Positions 55,123 through 64,000 of a DNA stretch of 64,000 bases are shown here, in pieces. How positions within the stretch are numbered: the first letter of the stretch is position 1; every line of letters starts with the position of its first letter. The notes beneath the pieces were generated by a model that was not told the origin of the DNA, made no database searches, and saw nothing but the letters and a program-made list of their open reading frames with translations. Made by a program: the position numbers and the translations under genes. The stretch spans positions 140,009-204,008 of the IMG/VR virus record IMGVR_UViG_3300024336_000005. One strand, given 5' to 3'.

Positions 55123-57668
55123 TAAATGTTATCCGCTTCACAGACAAGAGTTATCCCCTCCAGGAGGAAGGGAGAGCCAAGGAGTCCTGCATTGGTCATG
55201 TCAATTGTTACCGCGACATAGTACTGATAGTCATGGTCAACTGTGTGGTCTGCTGGGTCAATTGTTGTGTAGACAATGTTGTCTGGGTCTGCAGCTACGC
55301 CAGGAATGGCTGCGCTTGTAAAGCCGGCAATCGGCAGGGTTCCTGGGTTCGCAACCGGGTCTAGGTCTGCGCCTGGGCGCCGTCCCATTTGTATATTGAA
55401 TGCCGATGGGTCTTCAGTTCCAGATACTCTATAGTGCATCGACTTGATCCTAAGACCCGAGGCAGCCTGAATAGGGGAGTTGATGGAAGGGAATCTTACT
55501 GGAGCTATGATTCTAATTTGAGGAGATCCTGTTGTACCAGCTCCATCATCGAGAGCGTTCGACTTGGAGCCTCCAGTTGGGTTCGTTGCGACTCCATGTC
55601 GATCTCCGCCAGCATCGATTGGAGACTCTAAGTACCAATCTTGGCGGGGAATGACGCTATCAATATTAGAATCGGCTGCAGGAGTGGAGCCCAGCGTTGC
55701 TCCAGTCCCACCTCCGCCAAAATTGTATGATGCAGTTAGGTCTATCATATTTTTGTATGTTGAGACCGTCATATCTTCGGGGCCAATGTGAATCTTGAAG
55801 TCAGAGGGAGCCTGCAGGGAATAGCTGTTCGCACTTACCTCTGCTACTACTACTCGAGTAGTAGCCGCTCCTGTGTGTCCATTGAAGATGTACTCTGTAT
55901 CTACTCCGCTTGTTACGTTGAGTATCGCATCTGTCCACCCGACAACTGTGTCTGCTTCTGGCACTGTTGAGCCAAAGTAGATTCTTGCGCCACGAGCTCT
56001 AAGCATATGAGAGCTAACAATCGATAGGGCTGGGTCTAATCCTATGGGATCCGGCTGGGCTGAAATTATGGTCCTCATTGCCCCACCGCCGAGGTCCGTG
56101 CGGTATGCTGTAAGCCGCATCGTATTCGCTGTATCTCCTAGGTACAGGTCGCTGAGGATCCTCAGGGGATACTGATCCAACTGAAGCTTGCCTACATTAT
56201 GAGCCCCTGAGACGTCCCCAAAGTTAAACCAGATTCGTGGACCCAAAGCATGGTCGCCGAATGTTAGCTTCCAGCTATTCACCGTAACGTTATCAGGATC
56301 AATCCCTACCGCAGATGGGGTTGCATTCACATGTGAAATGTGAAGGTCGCCCAGCATTGAGTTCAATCTGTTTAGAACGTCCCCAGAGTCGTATCCCGCC
56401 CTTCCAAGATACTGAGGGAAGGGATGATATGGAGTCTGCGAGTGGAAGAAGTCGCCTGGATCGAATGCGTCCTTAAGGTGCTGAGCGCTTACTAGGCTGC
56501 CGTCCTGTCCGTCGTGACCGTGGTGTAGACTTCTGGCGCGCTCATGGTTGAGCGCTTCGGCTACTGAGGTGCCAGCAAAGGCGACGATCCATCTTTGATA
56601 GTCTGCTCCAGCCGGGTTGACTCCATCGTTGTCTCCCAGGGCGGGGATTGTATATCCAACTGGGAATGTGATCCTAACTGCATGGGGTTCACCAGGGAGT
56701 AGATCAAACTGAATGTCCCCAAGAGAGGCCGCCGGACGGATTCTTGTTATCGCCCCGCCTGTCTGCAGCCAAAGGCTTGCCATCCCATTCGGAATGCGCA
56801 GGGCCGCTGCACTTGCTATGTCAACTATGTATTGAGGGATCCTATAGAGAGGAGCCGTGCGACCTCCAGTTGTGTCCCAGTAGACAGGGCTTGGGGCTCC
56901 AATCGGATTGTCTAGATTGATCGTGTCTGTCTCAACGATAGAAAACGGCTTGGCCGGGTTCATAATACGTCTTACTTCTGGAAAGCTAATCCTTCTCTCT
57001 TGGAGGCCATATCCTCCCGGCCTGTCTAGGGTGCACAGATTTACCAAGGTCGATCCAATCTCATAGATGGATGGGACTAGGTTTGCTCCAGTGGAGCTCC
57101 CATAGGAGTCCTTCCATAGGTCCGAGGTTGGGTCTATTGGATAGCTGACCATGTCGCCTGCTGCAATAGCAGTCGCAGACATAACCTTCTTTCCATCCAG
57201 AACCCAATCGCCTGCAGCGGTAAGGGTAGTTGATCTCTGGATAACTCCACCGGCCTTGGCTGTGGTAAGGCTTGGGCCGGCAGCTGTGATCTCAGCATTG
57301 GTTGCTTCGATCCAGTATGGCAGGAAGGTTAGCTCAGCTAACTTCTCCCCTGTGAATGCACTATCTAGCTCTTCTGTAATAAAGGGAAGGGTGCCTCCTG
57401 CCCCACCGCCAGTGGGTGTGGGGATCGATAGGTCTGCGGGAAGGCGTGTGTTGATCCAACCCATCACTCCGATTGCACGGAGAATGTTTGTTGAATACGT
57501 ATCCGCAGCATCACCGGTGCCGTCGAAGTCGCCGACCATCTGGCTTAGCAGAACGAAGGCTAGGTCTATTTGTTCAGCCCAAGCATTAAGGAATGCAGCC
57601 GTTGGCTGTTGTCCATCGGTGAACTCTACCGGGATTGGGTATAGATCTGAAAAAGCGTCAGCAGCCAT
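55122..57668 (-). CDS. Tail fibre-like structural protein
   Basis: 848 aa; FTDGQQPTAAFLN start; HGHDG and HPFPQYL fibre-type motifs. Confidence 0.55.
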   Translation of the reverse strand: MAADAFSDLYPIPVEFTDGQQPTAAFLNAWAEQIDLAFVLLSQMVGDFDGTGDAADTYSTNILRAIGVMGWINTRLPADLSIPTPTGGGAGGTLPFITEELDSAFTGEKLAELTFLPYWIEATNAEITAAGPSLTTAKAGGVIQRSTTLTAAGDWVLDGKKVMSATAIAAGDMVSYPIDPTSDLWKDSYGSSTGANLVPSIYEIGSTLVNLCTLDRPGGYGLQERRISFPEVRRIMNPAKPFSIVETDTINLDNPIGAPSPVYWDTTGGRTAPLYRIPQYIVDIASAAALRIPNGMASLWLQTGGAITRIRPAASLGDIQFDLLPGEPHAVRITFPVGYTIPALGDNDGVNPAGADYQRWIVAFAGTSVAEALNHERARSLHHGHDGQDGSLVSAQHLKDAFDPGDFFHSQTPYHPFPQYLGRAGYDSGDVLNRLNSMLGDLHISHVNATPSAVGIDPDNVTVNSWKLTFGDHALGPRIWFNFGDVSGAHNVGKLQLDQYPLRILSDLYLGDTANTMRLTAYRTDLGGGAMRTIISAQPDPIGLDPALSIVSSHMLRARGARIYFGSTVPEADTVVGWTDAILNVTSGVDTEYIFNGHTGAATTRVVVAEVSANSYSLQAPSDFKIHIGPEDMTVSTYKNMIDLTASYNFGGGGTGATLGSTPAADSNIDSVIPRQDWYLESPIDAGGDRHGVATNPTGGSKSNALDDGAGTTGSPQIRIIAPVRFPSINSPIQAASGLRIKSMHYRVSGTEDPSAFNIQMGRRPGADLDPVANPGTLPIAGFTSAAIPGVAADPDNIVYTTIDPADHTVDHDYQYYVAVTIDMTNAGLLGSPFLLEGITLVCEADNI

Positions 57669-57680
57669 TAGCGATCCTCA

Positions 57681-60332
57681 TTAAACATTGATTGTAATTA
57701 GTGTTGCTGTCTTTCTCACACCAGCTCCATCATCGGGATGGAAGCCTGCAACCGCAACCCAGTAAGGTATACCATACACTAAGGTGGGTGGGGTTGGAAA
57801 GCTCTGGATTCTAATTGTTGTAGCATCTATGTAAGTGACGTCAGCTGTGATGTCCTTTACTGCTGTGATCTTATCGTCTGTGTCTACCTTAATTATGTAG
57901 ACTGACATCTCTAGTTCTGCTGTAGTTGGAAAGCTGAGTCCATTTATTATAACATCGGTTCCAACTGTAACCGCCGCAATTGGCACCCCGGGCGCAGCCG
58001 AAGTGCGCATGTCTGTGACAGTAAGATCATTCGGACTCATGTACACAGCTGACGTGAGTCTTGACCCATCGTCATTAAGTACAGCAGCGGGATTCTCTAA
58101 GAACTCAACCTCATCTGGAGAGGGGAGGTTTGGAAGCTTCCACTGTCCCTTCATGGAGTCATTCAGCTGAAGGCATATCTCTACCTGGTTGCTGACCAGG
58201 ATTGGATCTTCAATTGTGTACGCCACTATCTGAGCACTTCTCTCAATAACTAACTTGTACGCTACTATGAGTTGGCCCGTCGGGATGGGGTCAGGAAATT
58301 GGAATTCTGTCCATGCTGGGTTTGCCCCGGCAGCAAAGGCAATTGGGTGGACAACCTCTTCGGCTCCAGCAACGGTCCTGTGCCAGACGGCCGTCAGTCC
58401 ACCTCTTCTAGTTCTGCTATCGTATGGTTCTGGCCAGTCCTCTGCAAGGACGGGGCCATTAGCATAGATCTCAAAGTCAGCCCCAAGACTTGGGATGCTT
58501 TGGATAAGCATGTAGACGTCAGCAATGTTTCCATCAAATCTTTCCTTAACCAGGATCGTATCTGGAGCGCCACCTACTATTGGCGTTGGCAGCGCGACCA
58601 GGTCGCCTGCTGCTGGGTCTGGGTTTAGATAGTCTGGAACGGCAGGGTCCATTGGGTCGTACAACCACTCTGATGCAATGAACTCATTGATGGTGCTTAC
58701 ACCTTGAGCTTCTGTATATGCATAGCCTTCTCCGTCTGTGACAGAGAAGTTCTGAGAGAAGATGATTAGACCATCTAGAGATCTGAACTCGACTGGAACA
58801 TTAGGAACGCCAACCCTGGGAACTCCATTGGCGGTGACTCTAGCTCTCACTACTAGAAGATCACTCTCATCTGCTACTGGTACATTCAATGGACCATAGC
58901 ATGTTGAGCCATCTGTCCTTGTTGTGATGGGACCATTTGCACACAGTTCTATCTTACTTGCTACTACACGCCTGTTGTCTAGAACCAAGAAGCCTTGCTT
59001 GAGAGAGTTAACAAGGGGGTCAAGGTCTTCGCGCGGGTCGTCAAAGAGCTCTCGCGCATCTACAGTGTCGTATTGAATTAGCGGGACCTGAGTCCAGTCG
59101 ACTTGAATATCTGCAGCTGGAGTGGCGCCCTTGACGCCATCTCCAAATGTAATGGTCCCGTACAGAGGATCAAGTTCGTAGTGTGTATCCGCAGGGAGGG
59201 AGGCTGTAAGGTCAGCTACTCTGTCCCACACGGTGGCGGCTCCTCCTGGGTCGACTGTAACTATTGTGCTGGATGGATCTAACACTAGCGGGCCAGCCAG
59301 ATCGCCGTCCTGGTAAGAACTTAGGTCAAGGACTGGGAAGCTAGGAAGATAGAATACTGTGGCGTTTGCAGTGTTGGGGAAGTTCACGGTCTGTGTGACT
59401 CGAACGTCCTTGTTGAATGTGACGTTGGCGTCACATGTTGGCTTGTAGGATATTGTCCCATAGTCTGCATAGGCCACTGGTAGGTATGCGCGGACTCCCA
59501 TGCCTTCGGTCCAGTGCCCTTTGTATCCCACTGCATAGTCACCTTCCACAAGCGTAGCCGCTCCCAGCCTCGCTAGGAAAGTCTCAAAAGACAGCTCTGT
59601 TCTAAAGATGTCTGGCCTGGAGAATGTAACCTTCCACCATCTGACTGGCGAATCAAGAATAGTAATGGCCCATATATCTTGAACCGGTTCGATCTCTGTG
59701 AAGTTTGTTCCAACTGCAATGTCCACGTTGAGCTTTGGCTCTGAGTCATATGCCTCAATCTTAAACTGATTCACTGTTGTATCTGTGTTGGCAAACACAT
59801 CTCCGTCCATCTCTCTTCCGTTCAATGAGGCCACGCCCTTAAACTTTACCACCTTACTAAAGAGCCCCGAAGACTCTACCGCTAAGGTGTTGACGTCTCT
59901 CTGCAGGTACTCAACTGTGATGGGGAGAAAGGGAGAGGGTCTCTGGTCGAGGTCAAGAGTGGACCTGCCCCCGGAGAGCTCATCTTTGCAAAGCTCGATG
60001 ATGCTCTGTGTTCCGTGGAGGTTGGCTGATGTTGCATGAGAGAAATACTTCCCTCTCTTTACTGCAGGGGTCCAGCCTTCCTGGAGCCTTTGGTCTTCGA
60101 AGTTGATCTCCTCGAACTCAAGATCCTGTTGCTCTGTTACGCCGCTCTTATAGTATGCCTCTGGGATTGAGGTAAGATCGATGTCTGAACGCAGAGGTAG
60201 CCTGAAGTCCTTGTTCTCTAAGGACCTTGCATTCCAGACGCCTTCATCAAACTTCCATCCGGGGAGGTTCCTGAAGACGGCCTTCCCTTCAGGCTTTACT
60301 GCTAGCTCGAACTTTTCAATTATTGCCATCAC
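57681..60332 (-). CDS. Baseplate structural protein with Ig-like (Big-1) domain
   Basis: YELDPLYGTITFGDGVKGATP; VPNVPVEF...SVTDGEGYA. Confidence 0.6.
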   Translation of the reverse strand: MMAIIEKFELAVKPEGKAVFRNLPGWKFDEGVWNARSLENKDFRLPLRSDIDLTSIPEAYYKSGVTEQQDLEFEEINFEDQRLQEGWTPAVKRGKYFSHATSANLHGTQSIIELCKDELSGGRSTLDLDQRPSPFLPITVEYLQRDVNTLAVESSGLFSKVVKFKGVASLNGREMDGDVFANTDTTVNQFKIEAYDSEPKLNVDIAVGTNFTEIEPVQDIWAITILDSPVRWWKVTFSRPDIFRTELSFETFLARLGAATLVEGDYAVGYKGHWTEGMGVRAYLPVAYADYGTISYKPTCDANVTFNKDVRVTQTVNFPNTANATVFYLPSFPVLDLSSYQDGDLAGPLVLDPSSTIVTVDPGGAATVWDRVADLTASLPADTHYELDPLYGTITFGDGVKGATPAADIQVDWTQVPLIQYDTVDARELFDDPREDLDPLVNSLKQGFLVLDNRRVVASKIELCANGPITTRTDGSTCYGPLNVPVADESDLLVVRARVTANGVPRVGVPNVPVEFRSLDGLIIFSQNFSVTDGEGYAYTEAQGVSTINEFIASEWLYDPMDPAVPDYLNPDPAAGDLVALPTPIVGGAPDTILVKERFDGNIADVYMLIQSIPSLGADFEIYANGPVLAEDWPEPYDSRTRRGGLTAVWHRTVAGAEEVVHPIAFAAGANPAWTEFQFPDPIPTGQLIVAYKLVIERSAQIVAYTIEDPILVSNQVEICLQLNDSMKGQWKLPNLPSPDEVEFLENPAAVLNDDGSRLTSAVYMSPNDLTVTDMRTSAAPGVPIAAVTVGTDVIINGLSFPTTAELEMSVYIIKVDTDDKITAVKDITADVTYIDATTIRIQSFPTPPTLVYGIPYWVAVAGFHPDDGAGVRKTATLITINV

Positions 60333-61639
60333 TCACCCCAGAACTGGGGGAACTCCCCAGCAGTTAATATGTCTCGGATGATACCATACCCCTCATTATT
60401 TGGTAAGCCATTAACATAATGGTTGACTTCGTTCGTGTAGAACTCTCTCGTCACTTGGTTGAAGTAGATGTCCTGTCCGCCTTCTGAGGTTATGTCAATG
60501 ACCTTTACTGGTGAATGCCAGATGTAGAACTCATCTCTATTAGAGGTATATGTGAATTCTATTCTTCTTCCTGGCTGAGTGAAGGCAGTGATCTTACCAT
60601 TGGTGTAGTCTACTTGGTACTCACCTCGAGCTACAGGGGTAACACCTACCTCTACTCTTAGTTCTGGAGAGGGGTTAAATGATAGTGAACCTTCGACTAT
60701 CTTATCATACTCTAGTTCCATTACTTCTTGAGAGGGGAGTGTCTCTGTGTGAAGGAGTCTGGAGTCTGTAACCAGGAGGTGTCGTGCGGCGGAGGTGGCT
60801 TCTGATGCTAGAGTCGCCTCGTAGTTGTCGCTCAGGTTGATCCAATCTATGAGGGCGCCTATGGTCATGTCGCCGTACTCTATGGTCTGTTCTACGACTG
60901 GAGTCGCTCCTGCCTCTTGAATGAGCTGAGGGACCCACTCTGTATAGATGGTCGCCTCCTTCTCATTTAAGAAGAGCCTCATCTTCAGGGGGTCTGCCAG
61001 AGGAGATGCCTTAGTTGTTATCTTGATGGCCTTTGCTGGGGCAAGACCAAGCTCTCTGTTGATCCCATTCGTGAGTCCGACGTAGGTTGAGTTTGACGGA
61101 CGGCCTGCTACGGAAAGAATGCGGCTTAGATAAGCCTTGTTCTTTTCCTCTGGCAACCTTGGGGTTGACAGAAGGCTTCCGAAGTGGTCGAACTGATTGC
61201 CTACCTCATTGATTCTAATGGGCTCGAGCGAGCGGAGCGTAGCTGGAGAGATCTCCTCGTCTTCGTCAACGAATCCAATAGACGAGGTATCTGCCACTTC
61301 GTCTATGTTCATATCCATTGTGTCTGGAACTGCGTTGATCTCTATTGGGGTGGCCACCAGATCCATAGCGGTGAAGGCGGTGTCGATGGCAGAGTCGGCA
61401 ATTAGGATGGGGTCTATGCGTACCGTGTCACCATTGGGATCTAGGAAGAACTGATTGGCGGGAGTTGTGAATGAGGTCCCAAGGGAATCAATGAAGACAT
61501 TGATGGGCATGACCCTTACAGGGTCTGCCGTGAAGACAAGTGTCCCCTGGACGCGGAGGCCCTGCTTAATTAGGGTTCCTGTGACATTGAATACATTTAC
61601 CCCGATGGTTACTGTGCCCGCAAAACTCTTACGACTCAT
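60329..61639 (-). CDS. Baseplate wedge protein (tail protein I/gp48-like motif)
   Basis: FDHFGSLL..PRLPEEKNKAYLSRI; YQVDYTNGKI. Confidence 0.6.
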   Translation of the reverse strand: MSRKSFAGTVTIGVNVFNVTGTLIKQGLRVQGTLVFTADPVRVMPINVFIDSLGTSFTTPANQFFLDPNGDTVRIDPILIADSAIDTAFTAMDLVATPIEINAVPDTMDMNIDEVADTSSIGFVDEDEEISPATLRSLEPIRINEVGNQFDHFGSLLSTPRLPEEKNKAYLSRILSVAGRPSNSTYVGLTNGINRELGLAPAKAIKITTKASPLADPLKMRLFLNEKEATIYTEWVPQLIQEAGATPVVEQTIEYGDMTIGALIDWINLSDNYEATLASEATSAARHLLVTDSRLLHTETLPSQEVMELEYDKIVEGSLSFNPSPELRVEVGVTPVARGEYQVDYTNGKITAFTQPGRRIEFTYTSNRDEFYIWHSPVKVIDITSEGGQDIYFNQVTREFYTNEVNHYVNGLPNNEGYGIIRDILTAGEFPQFWGE

Positions 61640-63557
61640 TGAACTTTACCTCGATGAAATCAAAGTCCTCTCTGAAGAAGAGAGCACTGCCAGCAAAGTC
61701 TGCGATGAAGGAGTCATACATAGGAGTTAGAATCCAAGAGCTGCCTTTGTTTATTACTACCACCCTGCCATCTTCCAGGGCCGCAACTCTGTTGGGGCCC
61801 GAGACTGTAACCAGATGATCGATCTTATACTCTGCCAGGGCGTTATCGACCTGGTTGATGAAGACCTTCTTTACTGTCTCCGTCCCGCCACCCATGAACT
61901 CTGTGTTCATCTCTAGGATGAAGGACCCCTCAACTGTTGATGTAAGCTCTCGTGTCCTTGGTGTAATGCCATAGTAAATCAAGGGGAGGGTATTATACTT
62001 CCACTGAGGGGCCGTATGAACTGTGTTGAACTCTAGGTCCAGGTAGGTTCTGGTTCCGCTGGGCAGCACCATGCTCCAATACCATCTGCGGATAGTGTTT
62101 GCGCCGCGAGGTGTGTCCATCTCAATGGGGATCACCCTCTCTCTCCCAGCTCCAGTGTCCTCTATGAAGTTGTATCCCTCCATGAAGAAGCTCTGCTCTG
62201 GAGTATTGGTGGCTGTGTTGAGTTCCTCTAGTCCTGTTGGTAGGACTTCCCTTCTGTCATAGACGTACAGCTTGGTTGCATCAACTGCATATAACCAGTT
62301 GCTGGTAGGGTCAAGTGAGAAGTCCGTTATGGTCACATTTGTGCCAGCCACATCCCTTAGAGGCCTGCGTGCTACGGTCTGGAATGTATCCTCTAGCTTC
62401 ACAAGGTCGGACAGATATCCCTGACCTGAGCTCTGCTGGTCCAAGTAGGACCCAGCTAAATCTTCTCCGTAGGCCCACTGCATGGGCTCTTCGTCTGGAG
62501 ATCGAAATAAAGGATCCATCTTGTTTGAGATCCTCATGGGGAAGTTAAGAATGACAATCTCTCCAGTGGTATTCTCTAGGCCGTCTAAGAAGGAGATCTC
62601 TTCTACTCTCCCCCATGCTTTCATTGTGGGGATAGTTCCATTCCTTAGGAGGATGACCCTCTCTGTTTGGGCTAGGCCCTCAGGGCCTTCTCCCTTCAAG
62701 AGGATTGAAGATGTGATCAGTACATCCCCAGCCTGAATCGCATTGGCGAGACTGTGTGTCCAGATGTAAAGAATCCCTGGAACAGGGACGTCGAAGGCTG
62801 GGATGATTGAGACGTCGTGGAGTGAGGTTGATGCTGTTAGCTGAGTGTTTATTGTGCCCTGGTCTTCAGACGTGTATCGACTTGGCAAGGCGCCTCTCCA
62901 GAAGTCTACAAATGTATCCGTTCCAGTTAGAGCAAGCTTGTTCCAATCTTTGATTCCCCATACGCTGGGCAGTTCGTAGACCTCTTCTCCTCCCTCATCT
63001 ATCCTTGTCGTGAACGCCTCCCCTGTGGAAAGGTAATACTGATACAACCAATCTGGATCTTTATAATCTGCCTTCTCTGCGTTTAGACTCACGTTCCTTA
63101 AGTGTAGCTTTAGTCTTGTGTTGTCAAGCTGGTCGCCGAGTGGGTTCATGAACTGTCTATAAAGAGAGTTCATCTCTCCTCGGGCCTTTGTGTGAGAAGG
63201 GAAGTATCCTGCCAATACCTCTGTGTAGGGTGCGCGTCTTTGTAGGATTGTTGAGAAGGTTAGTGCTTCAGTCGTGACACTGAACGCCCAGTTCTTTGAT
63301 ACTGTCTCGTCCAGGTCTGTTGCTGTTGCTGTAACCTTTACATCTTGAGGTCCCATTAGGCTGACATCTAAATCAATTGTCCAAGTCCCTAGTGCGGTAG
63401 ATGCACCAAAGCCTGTGAATTCAATATCATTAATCCAAACCTGGAAGCTATCCTCGAAGGACGCAGGCTCATTGTTGCTTATAATATCTATTGTGATATT
63501 AATTGTACCAGGTGCCTGCGGGGCTAGTGGTGCTGTTATGTCAAAGGTTGTAATCAT
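61629..63557 (-). CDS. Baseplate-associated structural protein
   Basis: 642 aa; Ig-like N-terminus; lies next to the baseplate J-like gene. Confidence 0.55.
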   Translation of the reverse strand: MITTFDITAPLAPQAPGTINITIDIISNNEPASFEDSFQVWINDIEFTGFGASTALGTWTIDLDVSLMGPQDVKVTATATDLDETVSKNWAFSVTTEALTFSTILQRRAPYTEVLAGYFPSHTKARGEMNSLYRQFMNPLGDQLDNTRLKLHLRNVSLNAEKADYKDPDWLYQYYLSTGEAFTTRIDEGGEEVYELPSVWGIKDWNKLALTGTDTFVDFWRGALPSRYTSEDQGTINTQLTASTSLHDVSIIPAFDVPVPGILYIWTHSLANAIQAGDVLITSSILLKGEGPEGLAQTERVILLRNGTIPTMKAWGRVEEISFLDGLENTTGEIVILNFPMRISNKMDPLFRSPDEEPMQWAYGEDLAGSYLDQQSSGQGYLSDLVKLEDTFQTVARRPLRDVAGTNVTITDFSLDPTSNWLYAVDATKLYVYDRREVLPTGLEELNTATNTPEQSFFMEGYNFIEDTGAGRERVIPIEMDTPRGANTIRRWYWSMVLPSGTRTYLDLEFNTVHTAPQWKYNTLPLIYYGITPRTRELTSTVEGSFILEMNTEFMGGGTETVKKVFINQVDNALAEYKIDHLVTVSGPNRVAALEDGRVVVINKGSSWILTPMYDSFIADFAGSALFFREDFDFIEVKFNES

Positions 63558-64000
63558 TCTACAAACTTCACTGCATCAGTCAGACTTCCTTCCATCGTTA
63601 GGCGCTGATCGATCTTTAGTTCGATGTCCTTGTTCTGCTGAAGGCGCAGGGGAGCCCTCCCGCTAAGCTCACTGTCTCTCCATATAACCACCTCTTCAAG
63701 AGGTCTGTTTGGGCGGCCGATGTCAAGGATTGCCTCGTGTGCTGAGGTGGCAGCGAAGGCTATGTCGTTGACTAGCATGACACCACCAATCTCTATCTCT
63801 GCGACAAGTCTTGCGATAGCATTTCTGACTGCACTTCTTGACTGGCTCTTTAGAGCTTCCGAAGTCCCGGAGGCGAACTTCAACTTAATGACAACCTCAA
63901 GGCCAATCAAACGAGGAGCTCTTATCTGAATGTTCATGCCTACCGCAGACAGCCTAGAGATTTTGTCTTGCGCTTGGATGAGTGTAGTGTTTGAGACCTC
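63554..64000 (-). CDS. Baseplate J-like protein, C-terminal fragment
   Basis: Frame open to the window edge: LIQAQDKISRLSAVGMNIQIRAP...VRNAIARLVAEIEIGGVMLVNDI. Confidence 0.65.
   Translation of the reverse strand, partial: EVSNTTLIQAQDKISRLSAVGMNIQIRAPRLIGLEVVIKLKFASGTSEALKSQSRSAVRNAIARLVAEIEIGGVMLVNDIAFAATSAHEAILDIGRPNRPLEEVVIWRDSELSGRAPLRLQQNKDIELKIDQRLTMEGSLTDAVKFVE

Noticed and set aside
1-64000. Stop-codon reassignment (common in jumbo phages, and an RF-like gene is present)
   Set aside because: Long genes are intact under code 11, and TAA, TAG and TGA all end genes at coupled junctions. The breaks in recA and dnaE are explained by introns and an intein.
1-64000. CRISPR array, tRNA or rRNA genes
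   Set aside because: No regularly spaced repeats or cloverleaf/T-loop signatures noticed; there is almost no intergenic space. A tRNAscan run would be needed to exclude tRNAs formally.

Overview
A 64-kb segment of a large, probably jumbo, myovirus-type phage genome. It has two convergent arms that meet at 41644-41647. The + arm (1-41647) carries replication, recombination and nucleotide-metabolism genes: the 3' end of a retron-type reverse transcriptase, SpoVG-like and Whirly-like nucleic-acid-binding proteins, a release-factor-like protein, class II RNR, RecA, PhoH, dUTPase, ThyA, DHFR, a fragmented DnaE, primase-helicase, several nucleases, a sigma factor and an AAA+ ATPase. The - arm (41644-64000) carries a holin-like gene and large baseplate/tail proteins. 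The main result is a DnaE polymerase encoded in four coding segments (three genes) and rebuilt by three mechanisms. The PHP domain is a separate gene. A group I intron with an HNH endonuclease lies just before the third catalytic Asp. A split intein closely resembling the cyanobacterial DnaE (Npu/Ssp-type) intein still has a LAGLIDADG endonuclease between its halves. Other notable features: a group I intron in recA with an EDxHD/Vsr-like endonuclease in loop L1; an HNH gene that appears to have invaded thyA and supplied a replacement 5' end; a phage Whirly-like protein; and SSB-type IPF/VPF tails on three proteins. All family assignments come from motifs recognised by eye; no searches were run.
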